Source: Felis catus (Eukaryota). From it: DNA of 64,000 bases. The stretch lies in assembly GCF_018350175.1 (NCBI RefSeq), contig NC_058368.1, positions 200,696,001 through 200,760,000 on the forward strand, written 5' to 3'. The first letter of the stretch is position 1. Each line of letters starts with the position of its first letter. Positions 38,301 to 51,149 of the stretch are shown here, in pieces. A program made the position numbers and the translations under genes. Below the pieces are notes generated by a model, which worked only from the letters and a program-made list of their open reading frames with translations, had not been told where the DNA came from and made no database searches.

Positions 38301-38753
38301 CCACTAAAGAAGCTCCAGTCAGTATTGCAAAGACATCCTATGGCAGCCTTCCCTAGGCATCTCCTGAAAAGAATGCTGGGAAATTCTCTTGCTGGCTGTG
38401 AACAATCATCAATCCTCCTCAGCTGTGTTGCTGCTTTCTGTGCCAGGAGGGTAACCGACCTGCTTTACTAAATCCTGACTCACTTTGGAGAAAACTGAGC
38501 GTCTGCCATCTACTCCTCTGGGATGCGATTCAGAAAGAAAAGCACCAACTTGCATTTGAAGTGAGGCCCAGGTGGGGACAAATGGATATGGACACCCATG
38601 TATTGGTGCAGAGCTCCCACAAAGGAAAGGGAAGGTAAACTCGTCTCCTTTGAACCATAATGCCTCTAATTTATGCTGTGGCCTATCAACAAAGCATTAA
38701 CATGTATTTTACCACAAGGCCTGATTGAAGGTAAGACAGCAAGCTACAGCTGC

Positions 38754-38790
<37 letters not shown>
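38754..38790. repeat. (GATA)n microsatellite
   Basis: Seen directly. Confidence 0.95.
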
Positions 38791-38791
<1 letters not shown>

Positions 38792-39489
38792 TAATCAATC
38801 TTTTAAAATACGGTTTACCAAAATAAAACTAATAACATTAGGGCATAGAATCATTATTTACGTGATAAAACTAGCTCATTCATTTCGCAAATTATTGTTA
38901 AAATGCCTTCTGTGTGCCTATTCCTATACTGGGCACTGAGATAATTGTGAAGTTAGGACATACTCTAAGTTGTAAAAATGCTGTCTGGTTAATTGAAATA
39001 TGTAGATTAATAATATTTTGCCAAGTCTTAAGACAGACTATTTGGTCACTGTATCAGTGAAGTCTGGGGTTTTACACTTTGTATATTCATGGTTCTGTTC
39101 TTTTCTGGGAATTTACAATGCTTTATACTCTTTCACTGTGTCATTCAAATTTTACAAAATGAAGTTCTGGTAATAGTATTTGTATATTTAAATTGGGAGA
39201 TTTAATTATATTGTTTCCTTGTACTTTAAAGAGCCGGTGTAATAGAGCAAATTCTATTTGTATATGACTAATGCTTAAAGAAGGTGGGGCCTAACAATAG
39301 AAGGCTTTCTGTTTTCTTCACTTTCTTTTTTCCTTTCCCCCCACCTCCAGCCAACTGACTGCTTGGAATTATGACCTGGAGGGCCTTTGAAGAGAGAAGA
39401 ATTTGGATGTTTTAGGGCATTAGCAGAGTGGAAGTGAGAACAAGAAAGAAAATAGAAGGAAGCAGAGAGAGGAGTTGGAATAATTGGAA

Positions 39490-39879
39490 TATTATGGACT
39501 AAATTGTGCTTCCCCCCAAAATTCATGTTAAAGCCCTAGCCCCTCTTGTGATCTCTCTTTGGAGATAGGGTCTTTAAGGAGGTAATTAAGGTTAAATGAG
39601 GTCATAAGGGTGGGGCCCTAATCCAATGACATTGGTGTCTTTACCAGAAAGGGAAGGGACCACAGACAGCTCTGTGTGTGTGTGTTTGCACAGAGGCTGT
39701 GAAAGGACACAGCAAGAAGGCAGCTGCCTGCATGCCAGGTAGAGAGGTCTCATCAGACACCAGCCCTGCTGGCACTTTGCCCTTGCACTCCTAGCCTTCA
39801 GAACTGTGAGAAAAATTTCTGTCATTGAAGCCACCCAGTCTGTAGTATCTTATTATGGGAGCTGGAGTAGACTAATACA
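39490..39879 (+). mobile_element. MLT1A/B-like solo LTR
   Basis: 'tttggagatagggtctttaaggaggtaattaaggttaaatgaggtcataagggtggggccctaatcc' ... 'cagaactgtgagaaaaatttctg...gactaataca'; 5-bp TSD tggaa/tggag. Confidence 0.92.
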
Positions 39880-40633
39880 TGGAGGAAGGCTTAGGTGTAG
39901 GCAGATGAATGAAAAATTGCTGTTGGCAGGGTGCCCGCTATAAGTGTTATGGAAAGGAGTGTCTAACGTGAAACTGTCCGTTGTTGTGTGTGTGTATATG
40001 CATTGTGGGATTCCTCCTGTGACCCCCACATCTTCATAGAACCTGTTACAATTATATGTGGTCAAGGGTTACTCTTCCCTGCTTTGCTCCGGCAGCCAAG
40101 AGGCAGAATTTCACACGTAGGTAGATATAATGCAGACCAGGAATAGCATCCACGAAGAGGAGCCTGGGGACAAGTTGGCCAGGGCAGCGGCGTTGCAGAA
40201 ATTTGGAGGACACATTTAGACTTCAGGCACCATTATCTAGACCCAAGAGATGTCTGTGCTATAATAGAGGTTGAATGACGTTAGGAACCCCAGGAATCAT
40301 TTCCAATTTAATCTCTTAATTTAAAGATGGAGGAAATGGGGCTTTGAGAGGTGAGAGCTGAGGTCTTCTTGCTCTTCATTCCTGTCCAGCTGGAAAATGA
40401 CAAAGTTTTGGAACTCCAGATTTGGTGGGTTTCTTGTTTGTTTACTATGTAACAGTGCTTCTAATTGGCTTTAAACCATATTGTGTGTGTGTTTATGTGT
40501 ATGTATGTATATCTATATATATTTATATAGATATTGATAGATACGTAGATAGATTTCAATCTCTAACCTTTTTAAGCTTCCCAGTCTTACTTTCATTTGA
40601 AAATTAAAAAAAAAAAAGAAAGAAAGAAAAGGA

Positions 40634-40826
40634 GGGGCGCCTGGGTGACTCCATCGGTTGAGCATCAGATTTCAGCTCAGATCACGATCTTACGGTTGGT
40701 GGGTTCAAGCCCCGTCACGCTCTATGCTGACAGCTTGGAGCCTGGAGCCTGCTACAGATTCTGTGTCTCCCTCTCTCTCTGCTCCTGCCCCGCTCCCACT
40801 CTCTCTTGCAAAAATAAGTAAACATA
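40634..40826 (+). mobile_element. Can-SINE (host; tail continues after nested copy)
   Basis: GGGGCGCCTGGGTGACTCC head; tail split by the next SINE. Confidence 0.93.
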
Positions 40827-41043
40827 GGGACTCCTGAGTGGTTCAGTCGGTTAAGCCTCCGACTTCAACTCAGGTCACGATCTCGCGGTCCGTGAGTTCG
40901 AGCCCCGAATCGGGCTCTGGGCTGATGGCTCGGAGCCTGCTTCTGATTCTGTGTCTCCCTCTCTCTCTGCCCCTCCCCCGTTCATGCTCTGTCTCTCACT
41001 AGTATTTATTTACTCAAAAGTAAATAAATGTTAAATTTTTTTT
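40827..41043 (+). mobile_element. Can-SINE nested in the previous SINE's tail
   Basis: Perfect TSD aaataagtaaacata (40812-40826 / 41044-41058). Confidence 0.95.
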
Positions 41044-41379
41044 AAATAAGTAAACATAAAAAAATATTTTTAAATCCATACAATTATACCCATTGTTTGA
41101 AAAACAAGATAAGATTATCAGATATGAAAGTGCCTAGCACATTGTAATGTTATATAAAATGTAGGATTTTTTATTTGTTATTACTCAACTGTGTAGTAAA
41201 TTCACATAAATATGTTCACTTTCATCTGATGAGAGAAATTAGATTTTATTTTAAAATCAGAAACTGTTCAGACTGGAAAAATCCATTTTCTTAACGAGTA
41301 CTTGACCCATTTTCATTGATTTTTGTCAGAACACACACACACACACACACACACGCACTTCTGAGATGAGGCACAAGAT

Positions 41380-41570
41380 GGAAAGGTATTGACTTTGCGG
41401 TTAAACAGGCCTAAGCCTAAAGTTCAACCCTAGTTTCTTTATTTAGTAGTTGCTTATCCTGGAATATGTTCCTGAATATCTCTATGCCTCAGTTTCCTCC
41501 TCTATGACATTGGACCAATGTCTTTTTTAGGGGATTGCTATGGAGGACAAAGGAGATAAAACAGATAAAG
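41380..41570 (+). mobile_element. MIR, preceded by (CA)n at ~41331-41354
   Basis: 'tctctatgcctcagtttcctcctctatgacattgg...gggattgctatggagga'. Confidence 0.75.
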
Positions 41571-41923
41571 TGTGGTTTTCCAAGTTCCATTTACAGAAAT
41601 ACATATTTGTGTTATTCTTGAAGAAATGACTCATCATTGAAATGGGAAGGGCAGAGTATTGCTATCACAGGGTTGGCTGATATATGAAAGGAGGGGACAC
41701 ACATGGTAAACATTACTTCCATTTTGTCTTTTTGAAAACCAATATTAAGTAGACTTAATTTTGTGAAGTGAAAGAGAGCTATTATTATTGTTACTATTAT
41801 TACATTCACAATTATATTAAGGGTTTGTCTCCTTTAAAAAACATATATGAGAAGTAAACAAGGCTAGGGTAACAGATATATATTTGTCAAGTGGGTTTCC
41901 AGTCAGTCCTTAAAGGTATTTAC

Positions 41924-42041
41924 CTCAGTAAAGAACTGGCTTACAATTGATCTGATTTTCTGTCGGGGATTGTGCTAATGTTAACACAGCCTCACTGAGT
42001 CTGGCACATGAAAGTGTGGCCCCGAAGGGTGAAGGCAGTTA
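41924..42041 (-). other. Candidate 118-nt non-coding exon
   Basis: Acceptor cccttctattctttccctttcag; donor GAG|gtaaat (alternative ATT|gtaagc at 41945); stops in all frames. Confidence 0.35.
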
Positions 42042-42902
42042 CTGAAAGGGAAAGAATAGAAGGGCTTTTAAACTCTCCAGTTTCTAGTACACGTGAGATC
42101 ATATTGGATTTGGTACAGACATTGCTTTGCCCTGAACAGTGGAACGATTCAAAGACTTTTATATTTTTTGCATCACAAGTACCCAAAGAAAATATTTACA
42201 TTTTAATCCATTGCATTTTTAAGCTTTTTAGTAGACATTAAGAATATAGCAATTTTGTCTCAACCTGAGTTAATGTAAAGACAAAAAATTGTAAAGGTAA
42301 ACATTTATTTCGTTAAATGTTTTTATTTCATTGGAGATTTAAACAAGAATATCCACAAGTGAGTAGAAAGGTAAACCAACTTTTAAAGACTGAAATAGTT
42401 AAAAAAAAAAAAGAATTATAACAAAGATATTTTGTTCTGTATATTAATTGATGCTTGGGAGTAGTTTAATTCTTTTAGATACTCAGAAATTCCTTTCCTG
42501 GTACACTATTTAGCATTTGATAAGGATTCTAACATTTTGGACATGGTTTTTAATTGAGTGTGATAAAGAGATTTTAAAGTTCCCTGAATGTTTTGTCTAA
42601 ATAGAAATATTAATTTTTGACAGTGTAAATGTAAAACTAGAATAAATTCTAGGACACAAAAGATCCATAGCAGTCTAATGTTCCTATACATTATTTCTTT
42701 TTCTCAAAATAAGAATGACCTTCTATAGTAATATTTTGGAAAGTAATGTTGCTATTATATTTACTCCAATTTGACTGTGCATCAAAAGCCATTGCTGAAA
42801 ACCAAAATGTGTTAGCTACTAATGTTAGAAAATATATATCATGTCTCTTCAATATCACTCTAGCTTTTTAGCCAAGAATTTAATTAAGAACACTTTAGGA
42901 AA

Positions 42903-43007
42903 GGGGTGCCTGGCTAGCCCAGTTAGTAGAGCATGTGACTCTTGATCTTGGGGTTGCGAGTTCAACCTCCAATTGGGTATAGAGAGTACTTAAAAAAATA
43001 AAATGTT
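42903..43007 (+). mobile_element. Short old Can-SINE (no CT tract)
   Basis: ggggtgcctggctagcccagttagtagagcatgtgactcttgatcttggggttgcgagttcaa...acttaaaaaaataaaat. Confidence 0.9.
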
Positions 43008-43223
43008 GGGGCGCCTGGGTGGCGCAGTCGGTGAAGCGTCCGACTTCAGCCAGGTCACAATCTCGCGGTCCGTGAGTTCGAGCCCCGCCTCGGGCTCTGG
43101 GCTGATGGCTCAGAGCCTGGAGCCTGTTTCGGATTCTGCGTCTTCCCTCTCTCTGCCCCTCCCCCACTCATGCTCTGTCTCTCTCTCAGAAATAAACAAA
43201 CATTAAATAAATTAAAAAAAAAT
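43008..43223 (+). mobile_element. Young felid Can-SINE nested in the short SINE's tail
   Basis: Perfect TSD aaaaataaaatgtt (42994-43007 / 43224-43237). Confidence 0.96.
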
Positions 43224-43463
43224 AAAAATAAAATGTTAAAAAAAGAGAATAGTGTTAAATACACTATTGTTTGGGCTAATTTAAAGAATAAAAGAGCAAA
43301 AAAGTAAAATGAGGAATTGTCTTGAGTTATATTCCAAGATACATAGAATAAATAGAATAATATAGGCAGACAGAGTTGGGGCTTAGAATAATAAATTAGT
43401 TCTCAATTGCATTCAGAGCCACTAAAATCTCCCTTGTTACTCCAATGGACACAATATTCCTAA

Positions 43464-43508
43464 TAAGTAAGTAAGTAAGTAAGTAAATAAATAAATAAAT
43501 AAATAAAT
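43464..43508. repeat. Compound (TAAG)n(TAAA)n microsatellite
   Basis: Seen directly. Confidence 0.92.
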
Positions 43509-45429
43509 CTAGCACGGGGTTAATAGCAGTATGTAGAAATAGGCATAAAAACCAATTTTTGTGATACTGTCTCAAAAGTGGACATGAATTCCTTTGTTGA
43601 ATTTCTTAGAAACTGGATAAGTCTAGGCTGTCAGGATAGAAGAAAAGTTTTCATTCCATAAATATAAACTATAAAGGATCCAAACTGTTGTTCTGTGGAA
43701 GAGTTTATCTAGAAAATATAAACTGAATCTTTATTGAAAGTGTTACTTATATACTGACGGCAATACATTTGTTGAAGTCCAGAAGAGAATCTCTTCATTA
43801 GATCACCTAAATTAGGATTTTAAGTGGTTTTTCACTAGTCACAGGTCACCGCAGTAGCTATGTGTTGCTTTTAGGCTATGGAGAACCAATGAGTCCTTTC
43901 AAACACCCTGCAGTTTTCATGTAAGAAATTCCCTCCCTCCCACTGTGCTCAATTTTGGGAGGTTGCCAAATCAAGTTGCTGGGTCCTCTCTCCAGGGAAG
44001 TCTGGTTTTTGAAGACTTCTTTTTAGAGCCTTTCGCCACCTGTACAGCCATATGGATATTTCTCTCTCAAGGGCTGAGGAATACAAAGATGAAAAAAAAA
44101 AAAAAAAGACTTAACATTTGTTTCTTCAGTTCAGCTACAGATCAGTTCCTGCTTCTGAACCCTAAACACTTGCCTGCTTTTTTAGCATTCCTTTGATATT
44201 CTAAGTGACTCCATATTTTTACGCTAATTTTTCTTTTGGCCAAGAGTGAGATTTGGGTTTTTGTTTTTGTTTTTGTTTTTGCTAGAAACCAAGAGCCATA
44301 AATACCAAGAGTCAACAATGCAATTAGCCTAATTCTTAATCCTGAAACCTCCTAGGCCAGCCATACATGTAGGTAAATTAAGACACAATGAGGCTAAGGG
44401 TTCAATCTGGCATGCAAGTGATCAAACATCACCCAGTTTCTGGTACTGTAATATCACCCTGCAAATGATAGAGATATTGCTTTCCCCTATTACGTATTGA
44501 ATGCTTGTCATGTTTCAGGTACTATGAGGAGGACTGGAAGCAAATCACATCATTTAATCCTTATAACAAATTTATAAAGTAGGCCCTAGTATAATGACCA
44601 TGTCTCACAACTAGCAAGTGGCAGAGCTACTTCAGAGATGCACTAAGGAAAGTACAATCATTTGGAAAGATATATGGATAAAGTTTTCTCCAGAATTTTT
44701 CCTTCTACTGTTAGGAAGAGAAATGCTTCTTTCCAATTCCTTCTCTTTCTTTCTCTGAAGATAGATTTTTTTTTTTTTTTCCCCACTAACTTCCAGATTA
44801 CCTGACTGGTCAATGACAGCCATGGACTCAAACTTCTCAGCTGAGTGGATCTAATCCATCAAAAATTCTGACTTGAGGGACTTCATTTTTTACTCCTTCA
44901 TTCTTTCTTGGGTAATCATCTCGCTAAAAAGGAGATTTTTCAATTCCTAGACTCACGGAAAAGGAGATAGTAAGTGCCTTGGTGCTTGTCCCAAACCACA
45001 GAGTTCATTCCGACTTTTATCAACACTCAAGAAGTTATTGTGATGTTCCAATCTGCAGATTCACTAGAATTATTTTTAGTTGGCTTTGAATGCAGATGGA
45101 AAAGAAGTGCAATTTGGTGTGTTCTCTCAGTTGGTATGTTCTCTCAGATGGTGGGTTACCATCTTTCAAAGCCTCCATGTGTTACATGAGTTTGTAGAAG
45201 AATTTACCATTGAAATTAATATTAAGTGTAACTGGAAGAATAACCTATAAAAGGTAATTCTCACATTCTCAGCTCTGCACAGAGGACACCATTGGAGCCA
45301 CTGTTGTCAGCAGCACTCAGATCCCCAAAATGATAAGCGATTTAACATAGCTGCTTTTTTTAAATAGAGGAAAAAGGAGCAGTTAGAAAATCATCTAGAG
45401 GAAACATGTATTTAAGAATCCCTGAAGCA

Positions 45430-45667
45430 GGGGCGCCTGGGTGGCGCAGTCGGTTAAGCGTCTGACTTCAGCCAGGTCACGATCTCGCGGTCCGTGAGTT
45501 CGAGCCCCGCGTCAGGCTCTGGGCTGATGGCTCAGAGCGTGGAGCCTGTTTCCGATTCTGTGTCTCCCTCTCTCTCTGTCCCTCACCCGTTCATGCTCTG
45601 TCTCTCTCTGTCCCCCCAAAAAAATAAATAAACGTTGAAAAAAAAATTAAAAAAAAAAAGAAAAAAA
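45430..45667 (+). mobile_element. Young felid Can-SINE
   Basis: CpG-intact, long A tail; TSD aagaatccctgaag(c/t)a (45414-45429 / 45668-45683). Confidence 0.97.
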
Positions 45668-46746
45668 AAGAATCCCTGAAGTAGTTGACATTAATTAGTG
45701 TAATTATCTTTTTTCCCCTCAATGCCTATGCATATGTTAAATGATTCTGAAATTTAAATATCTTATGAACATGCAGTATCAAACGTATTGGAAAAGTGAA
45801 CCCTTATCAAGATCATTTAGGAGCTCATTGAGGAATAGACCAAGAAACTACTCTTAATGACTGGAAGAATCTTTCAATTCATTAGAAAAAGAAAAAAAAA
45901 ATTCAACCCCTAGTTCTGTGTATGGCTTATCATAAGGTGCTGCGCCTATAACCTATAGACTAAATCAATTGTTCCAAGGTAGATTACATCTAAATAGTTC
46001 CTAGAAATAAAGAAATTTGTAGGTTTTCTGAGTCAGTCCACTTATACAAGAAAGGGGATTGTTGATATAGTTTTCTCAAGGATTATCACCAAGAAAAGAA
46101 CATTCAAATATTGGGTAGAGCTCTCCAAACTTCCCAGGCAGGAAACTGTGGTCAGTGTTCTTCTGTTCCTTGTTGGGAACAACAAAAGTTTCAGCAAAGA
46201 TCACCATCAGCTGAAGGATATTACCTGAGGACCTTTCCAGATGAGACCAAGGTATCTTCAGGTTATGATGGTTTTTCCTTTCTCCTTATGTTCTGATTAA
46301 CTAGATGAGCCTTGATAATCAAGTACAAAATACAAACTATTAAGAGATGCCAAGACAATGTCAGGATAAATGGACAACTTTTTTTTTTTTAAGTATTGTT
46401 CAAACAGCTTTCAGTCTAGCCAATTAATCTATAATTGTTTACTATGACAATGGACCCATATAAGATGCTTATTGAGAGAATCTTCTTTTGACTTTTTTTT
46501 GTAGAAATGTAAACAAACTTGAAAATTAGTAAGTTAAAATCAGGCCGCTGTAAAAGTGATGGTGTGAGTCATTATTCTGGGGAAATGCCTGTGGTCATGT
46601 CAATCCATCAGAACATTTAGGATCACCTAATTCATCACCATTGTTAAAGGCAGAAAATTTACTTTTTCCAGAAGTATAACTTCTTAGATACTTTCCCTTG
46701 ACTATTTGAATTTTATTAGTACAGTGTCCGAAATTTGGTGATTATT

Positions 46747-46946
46747 TTTATTTATTTATTTATTTTTATTTTTTATTTTTTGAGAGAGCGGAAAGAACAC
46801 ATGCAATTAAGGAGCAAAGGGAGAGGGAGAGAGACTTCATGCTAAGCGTGGAGCCTGATGCGGGGTCTACCTCACCACTGTAGGGTCATGACCTGAGCCA
46901 AAACCAAGAGGCAGATGCTTACCAGACTGAATAACCAAGGCACCCC
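46747..46946 (-). mobile_element. Older Can-SINE
   Basis: TSD aaatttggt(g/a)attatt. Confidence 0.92.
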
Positions 46947-47554
46947 ACAAATTTGGTAATTATTAATGACAGAATGGTTTATTACGCAGCCTATAATGTT
47001 CAGTGGACTTTCCTTATAATCTTCCTTCTGGATTTGCTAGTTAAGGACTTTGATATTAACTTTCTTTATCAGTAAGATAGGGGTACAATACCTATTTAAT
47101 ATAGTGGTTATAAGGCTAAAATTAGATATTGAATGTAAGCATTCAACACATACCAAATATTTAATACATTGCAGCTAGTCTTATATCATTATTGACAATA
47201 TCAGAGGCCATGAGTTTTGGAACCCATATATAAGAATTATGAGTTTTTAGTAGCACTGCGCAGAGATTTCAGTTGTAGGGAGAGTTAACCTCCATGCCTC
47301 TTGTGTGTCCCAGTCACAGGATTATGTGGAAGGGTCAGGGTTGGAATTAGTGAAAGATCCACTGGTGGAACCAAAGGCCAGGACACGGCTTTAGTGCAGC
47401 CTGAAATAGTTCTAGTAATACTTCATTTGGATAGGGGAAGAGGTGGAGGATTCCAGAAACCCCACCCCCACTCGACTATAATAGTTACTAGCATAAATTA
47501 ATAAAAATAAATTAAATGATAGAATTCAAGAATGATGTGAGTAGAAATGGAGGT

Positions 47555-48034
47555 ATTGAAATAAAACAATGAAAGAAATGTATGTATTTCATAAATCCAT
47601 AATAAATTATGCTAGTGAAAAAGCCAATCAAAAATGTTACATTTTGCATGATTCCCCTTATATTCCATTCTGTAAATGGCAAAACTATAGATAGATAACA
47701 GATTAGTGGTTATCAGGGGCGAGGCGTGGAGGCATGGGGATTGATGGTGATGGATCAGTTCTGTGTCTTGATTGTGGGAGTGGTGTCATGAATCTGTACA
47801 TGCGATAAAATGTTTTAGACTCACACACATATGTACACACAAGCACATTTAAAAACTTCTGAAATCTAAATGTCTATAGCTATCAATACTGTGTAAATGT
47901 CAGTTTCCTGGTTTTGATACTGTGTTATATTAGATGTTACTATTGAAGAATTTTAAAAAGTGCATGGGGACTTTCTGTAGTAGGCTCTGCAAGTTTCTGT
48001 GAAATGTAACTATTTCAAAATAAAGAGTTTAAAA
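47555..48034 (+). mobile_element. Old L1 (L1MC-like) 3' end
   Basis: 'gcatgattcccc...ggcaaaactatag...cagattagtggttatcagggg...tctgtgtcttgattgtgg...atgtcagtttcctggttttgata...tatttcaaaataaagagtttaaaa'. Confidence 0.8.
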
Positions 48035-48089
48035 TTTTGATATAAAAAAAGGAGATTGAGGCAAAAGACCTCAAATAAAATGTAGAATT

Positions 48090-48297
48090 ATTTTTAAAAA
48101 AATTTTAAATGTTTTTATTTATTTTTGAGAGAGAGAGAGAGAATGAGCCGGGGAGGGGAAGATAGGGAGACACAGGATCTGAAGCAGGCTCCAGGCTGTC
48201 AACACAGAGCCTAAAGCAGGGCTCAAACTAGTGAACCCTGAGATCATGACCTGAACCAGAGTCAGACACTCAACCAACTGAGCCACCAAGGTGCCTG
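48090..48297 (-). mobile_element. Can-SINE
   Basis: Perfect TSD taaaatgtagaatt (48076-48089 / 48298-48311). Confidence 0.96.
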
Positions 48298-48364
48298 TAA
48301 AATGTAGAATTGTTAATAACCATGCAGCAAAGCTATTTAAGCATAAAATCCACAAAATACAGAT

Positions 48365-48530
48365 AAGGGGGTGGAACAGAGAGAGAGAGGGAGAGACATA
48401 GCATCTGAAGCAGGCTTCAGGCTCTGAACTGTCAGCACAGAGCCTGATGCAGGGCTTGAACCCAGGAACTTCAAGATCACGACCTGAGATGAAGTCGGCT
48501 GCTTAACCAACTGAGCCACCTGGGCGCCCC
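48365..48530 (-). mobile_element. Can-SINE lacking its tail and TSD, within an old + strand L1 ORF2 relic (~48310-48870)
   Basis: Head and body present with no A-tail; flank 'caaagggttgttcccaataatatataaagagctctta...aataagaaaaaac' is L1-like. Confidence 0.88.
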
Positions 48531-48904
48531 TTGATTATATGATTTTTTAAACACCTGCATTTCCAAACACACCATGAATAGATTACAAAAGCAAATACAA
48601 ACTATGAAAATTATTTATGCAAGATTACAAAGGGTTGTTCCCAATAATATATAAAGAGCTCTTACTATTAAAATAAGAAAAAACAAACTCCCAGAAAAGG
48701 TGGTTACAATATGATAGTATAACTAACAAGAAATGACAAATAAATTAGGTTAAATAAATTATGCCAATTCTTTACCACAGATCCATTAAAAATGACATCG
48801 TAGAAGTACCTTTATTAACGTAGAAAGATGTTTATGATTTACTAATAAATAAAAAAAAAGAGTAGGTAATATGGAAATATATTTTATTAATAAAATCTTA
48901 TTTT

Positions 48905-49138
48905 GGGGGCAACAGGGTGGCTCAGTTGGTTGAGTATCCGACTTCAGCTCAGGTCACAATCTCATGGTTTGTGAGTTCGAACCCCGCATCAGTCTCTGTG
49001 CCGACAGCTCAGAGCTTGGAGCCTGCTTCAGATTCTGTGTCTCCCTCTCTCTCTACTCCTCCCCTACTTGCACTCTGTCTCTGTTTCTCAAAAATGAATA
49101 AACATTAAAAAAATTAAAGTATATAAATTAATTTAAAA
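48905..49138 (+). mobile_element. Can-SINE
   Basis: Perfect 16-bp TSD aataaaatcttatttt (48889-48904 / 49139-49154). Confidence 0.96.
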
Positions 49139-49665
49139 AATAAAATCTTATTTTCTCATTTTCCTAATTTGTATTATTTAAAGTTGGCAGTTCTAGTATT
49201 TAAATTATATTTTGAGTCATATGATTTTTATAGTTTATTTTTTAAAGATTAATTAATTGTAATCATGTTTTATTTTGTTATTTCTTCTTAAAATTCTTAT
49301 TATAAGTAAACAATTATAAAGTCATGCCAATTCAACATTACAGAATTACATAATATAGAAAGTAACCCATCACTCAATAACCCATACTCTCACAAAAAAA
49401 ATAACAAAAAGAGATGGCATTTTATCACAGAAATGAAATATGTTAAACTGAATTAAAACTGAATATAGAAAAGAAAATATTTGTGGGCGATAAAAATCTT
49501 TTCTAACTACCTTCTGGAAAGAGGCTGTGACCTTTACTCCAAGTTTACAGTAGCTGTAGCTGTCTAAAGTTTGCATGCTTTTACAACATAGGAAAACAGT
49601 ACGATATTTAAACAGCATCAATTTTCTTGTTTTTCAATAGCAAAAAATACATTATTTGTGATTTT

Positions 49666-49884
49666 TTTTTAATTTTTTTTTCAACATTTATTTATTTTTG
49701 GGACAGAGAGAGACAGAGCATGAACGGGGGAGGGGCAGAGAGAGAGGGAGACACAGAATCGGAAACAGGCTCCAAGCTCTGAGCCGTCAGCCCAGAGCCC
49801 GACGCGGGGCTCGAACTCACTGAGCGCGAGATCCTGACCTGGCTGAAGTCGGACGCTTAACCGACTGCGCCACCCAGGCGCCCC
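49666..49884 (-). mobile_element. Young felid Can-SINE
   Basis: CpG-intact; perfect TSD tatttgtgatttt (49653-49665 / 49885-49897). Confidence 0.97.
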
Positions 49885-51149
49885 TATTTGTGATTTTAAT
49901 ACTAAATATTTTGGTTGTGATATTCTTTGAAAGAAGGTTATCCTTAATGATTAGGGAGGTCTAATACTGAAGATTTGGAAACATTTAAAAGAAGCAAGAG
50001 AAAGGAGCTATATATTTTTATGGTTATTATTACTGAGCATTAAATTTTTCTGATAATAAACATTTAATTCTTTAAACATGTATCTCATGCTTTTTCACAT
50101 GATTCTTTTTTTCTGTGCTTCTATGATCACAGTATTTAAGAGTAGAAAACCCGAATTTAATGTAACAAATACTCAGAATACTCAGGGAATGTTTCCATAA
50201 AACCTAAAAAGAAACCCTGAATAGAATGAATGTGACCCCTGTGTCTATTATCTCACTCAAATATTCACATCTCAAAACACTTGCTATAACAGATTTCCTT
50301 GGTATGAAAGGAGGTGCCCTCCTTTCTTTGTGAATATTTGCAAATTAAGCTAATTAATGGTATTGTATTCAATGGCTTTTTCCAGGGAGCTGAGTCTGAT
50401 TCCTCACATTTTTTTGTGGGTAGGTTGTGTTAAAGGAAGTTTGGTTTTCTTGTGGGTGTTTTTTTTTCTTTCCTCCATTCTACTTTATTTTTTAAAATAA
50501 AAGGAAAACTATTACCGTTCAAGATGACTGAGGAAGTCGGTTTGGGTTGTGGAAGATATGTGACCCTGTGGTTATAGAACAGAAGTAGAAGCAAGGAATG
50601 CCCTATAGAAACAAGATCTATTGTTTTGCCAATAGAGAATAAATAGTCATCGTTAAGGTAAATTGATTTTTGATTTTTTTTAATCCCACAGCTAATACCT
50701 GGGCTATTTGGAAGGTTTCTTCTTCTAGGAAATTATTAAATTATTCACTCAACCAACTTACTAATTGTTAACCCGTGTGCTAAATACTGAAAATGCAAAT
50801 ATAATTAGGATATGATCCCCATCTTTGTAGAATGTCACAAAGGCAGGAGAGGCAGACAGCTAATCAGAGTTTTGTAATACATGCTCATAAGCAATAAGAA
50901 AAAAAAAAAGTAAAAGGTACAAAACAGAAGCAGAGGATTGCGATGCCCTTCCCCGCATCCCCTCAGGGAAAGTTTCAGCAAAATCTGTTCAAAAAAGTTA
51001 CAGAACTTTGTTTTGTAGGATAAGTGGGATTTTGCCTAGCAATAGGTATAGAAATGATGATCCAAATAAAGAGTAGAGTATATACAAGCACAACATATGA
51101 AGCAATACAGAACCTTTATTATCCAGTACAGGTGGAGCTTTAAGCATGG

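Noticed and set aside
42903..42990. tRNA gene (A/B boxes; also 55763 and 17543)
   Set aside because: These are tRNA-derived SINE heads followed by A-rich tails, with no proper cloverleaf or acceptor stem.
45120..45151. Short tandem duplications (also 13979-14003 and 28652-28676)
   Set aside because: Ordinary slippage-type duplications of 11-17 bp with no further structure.
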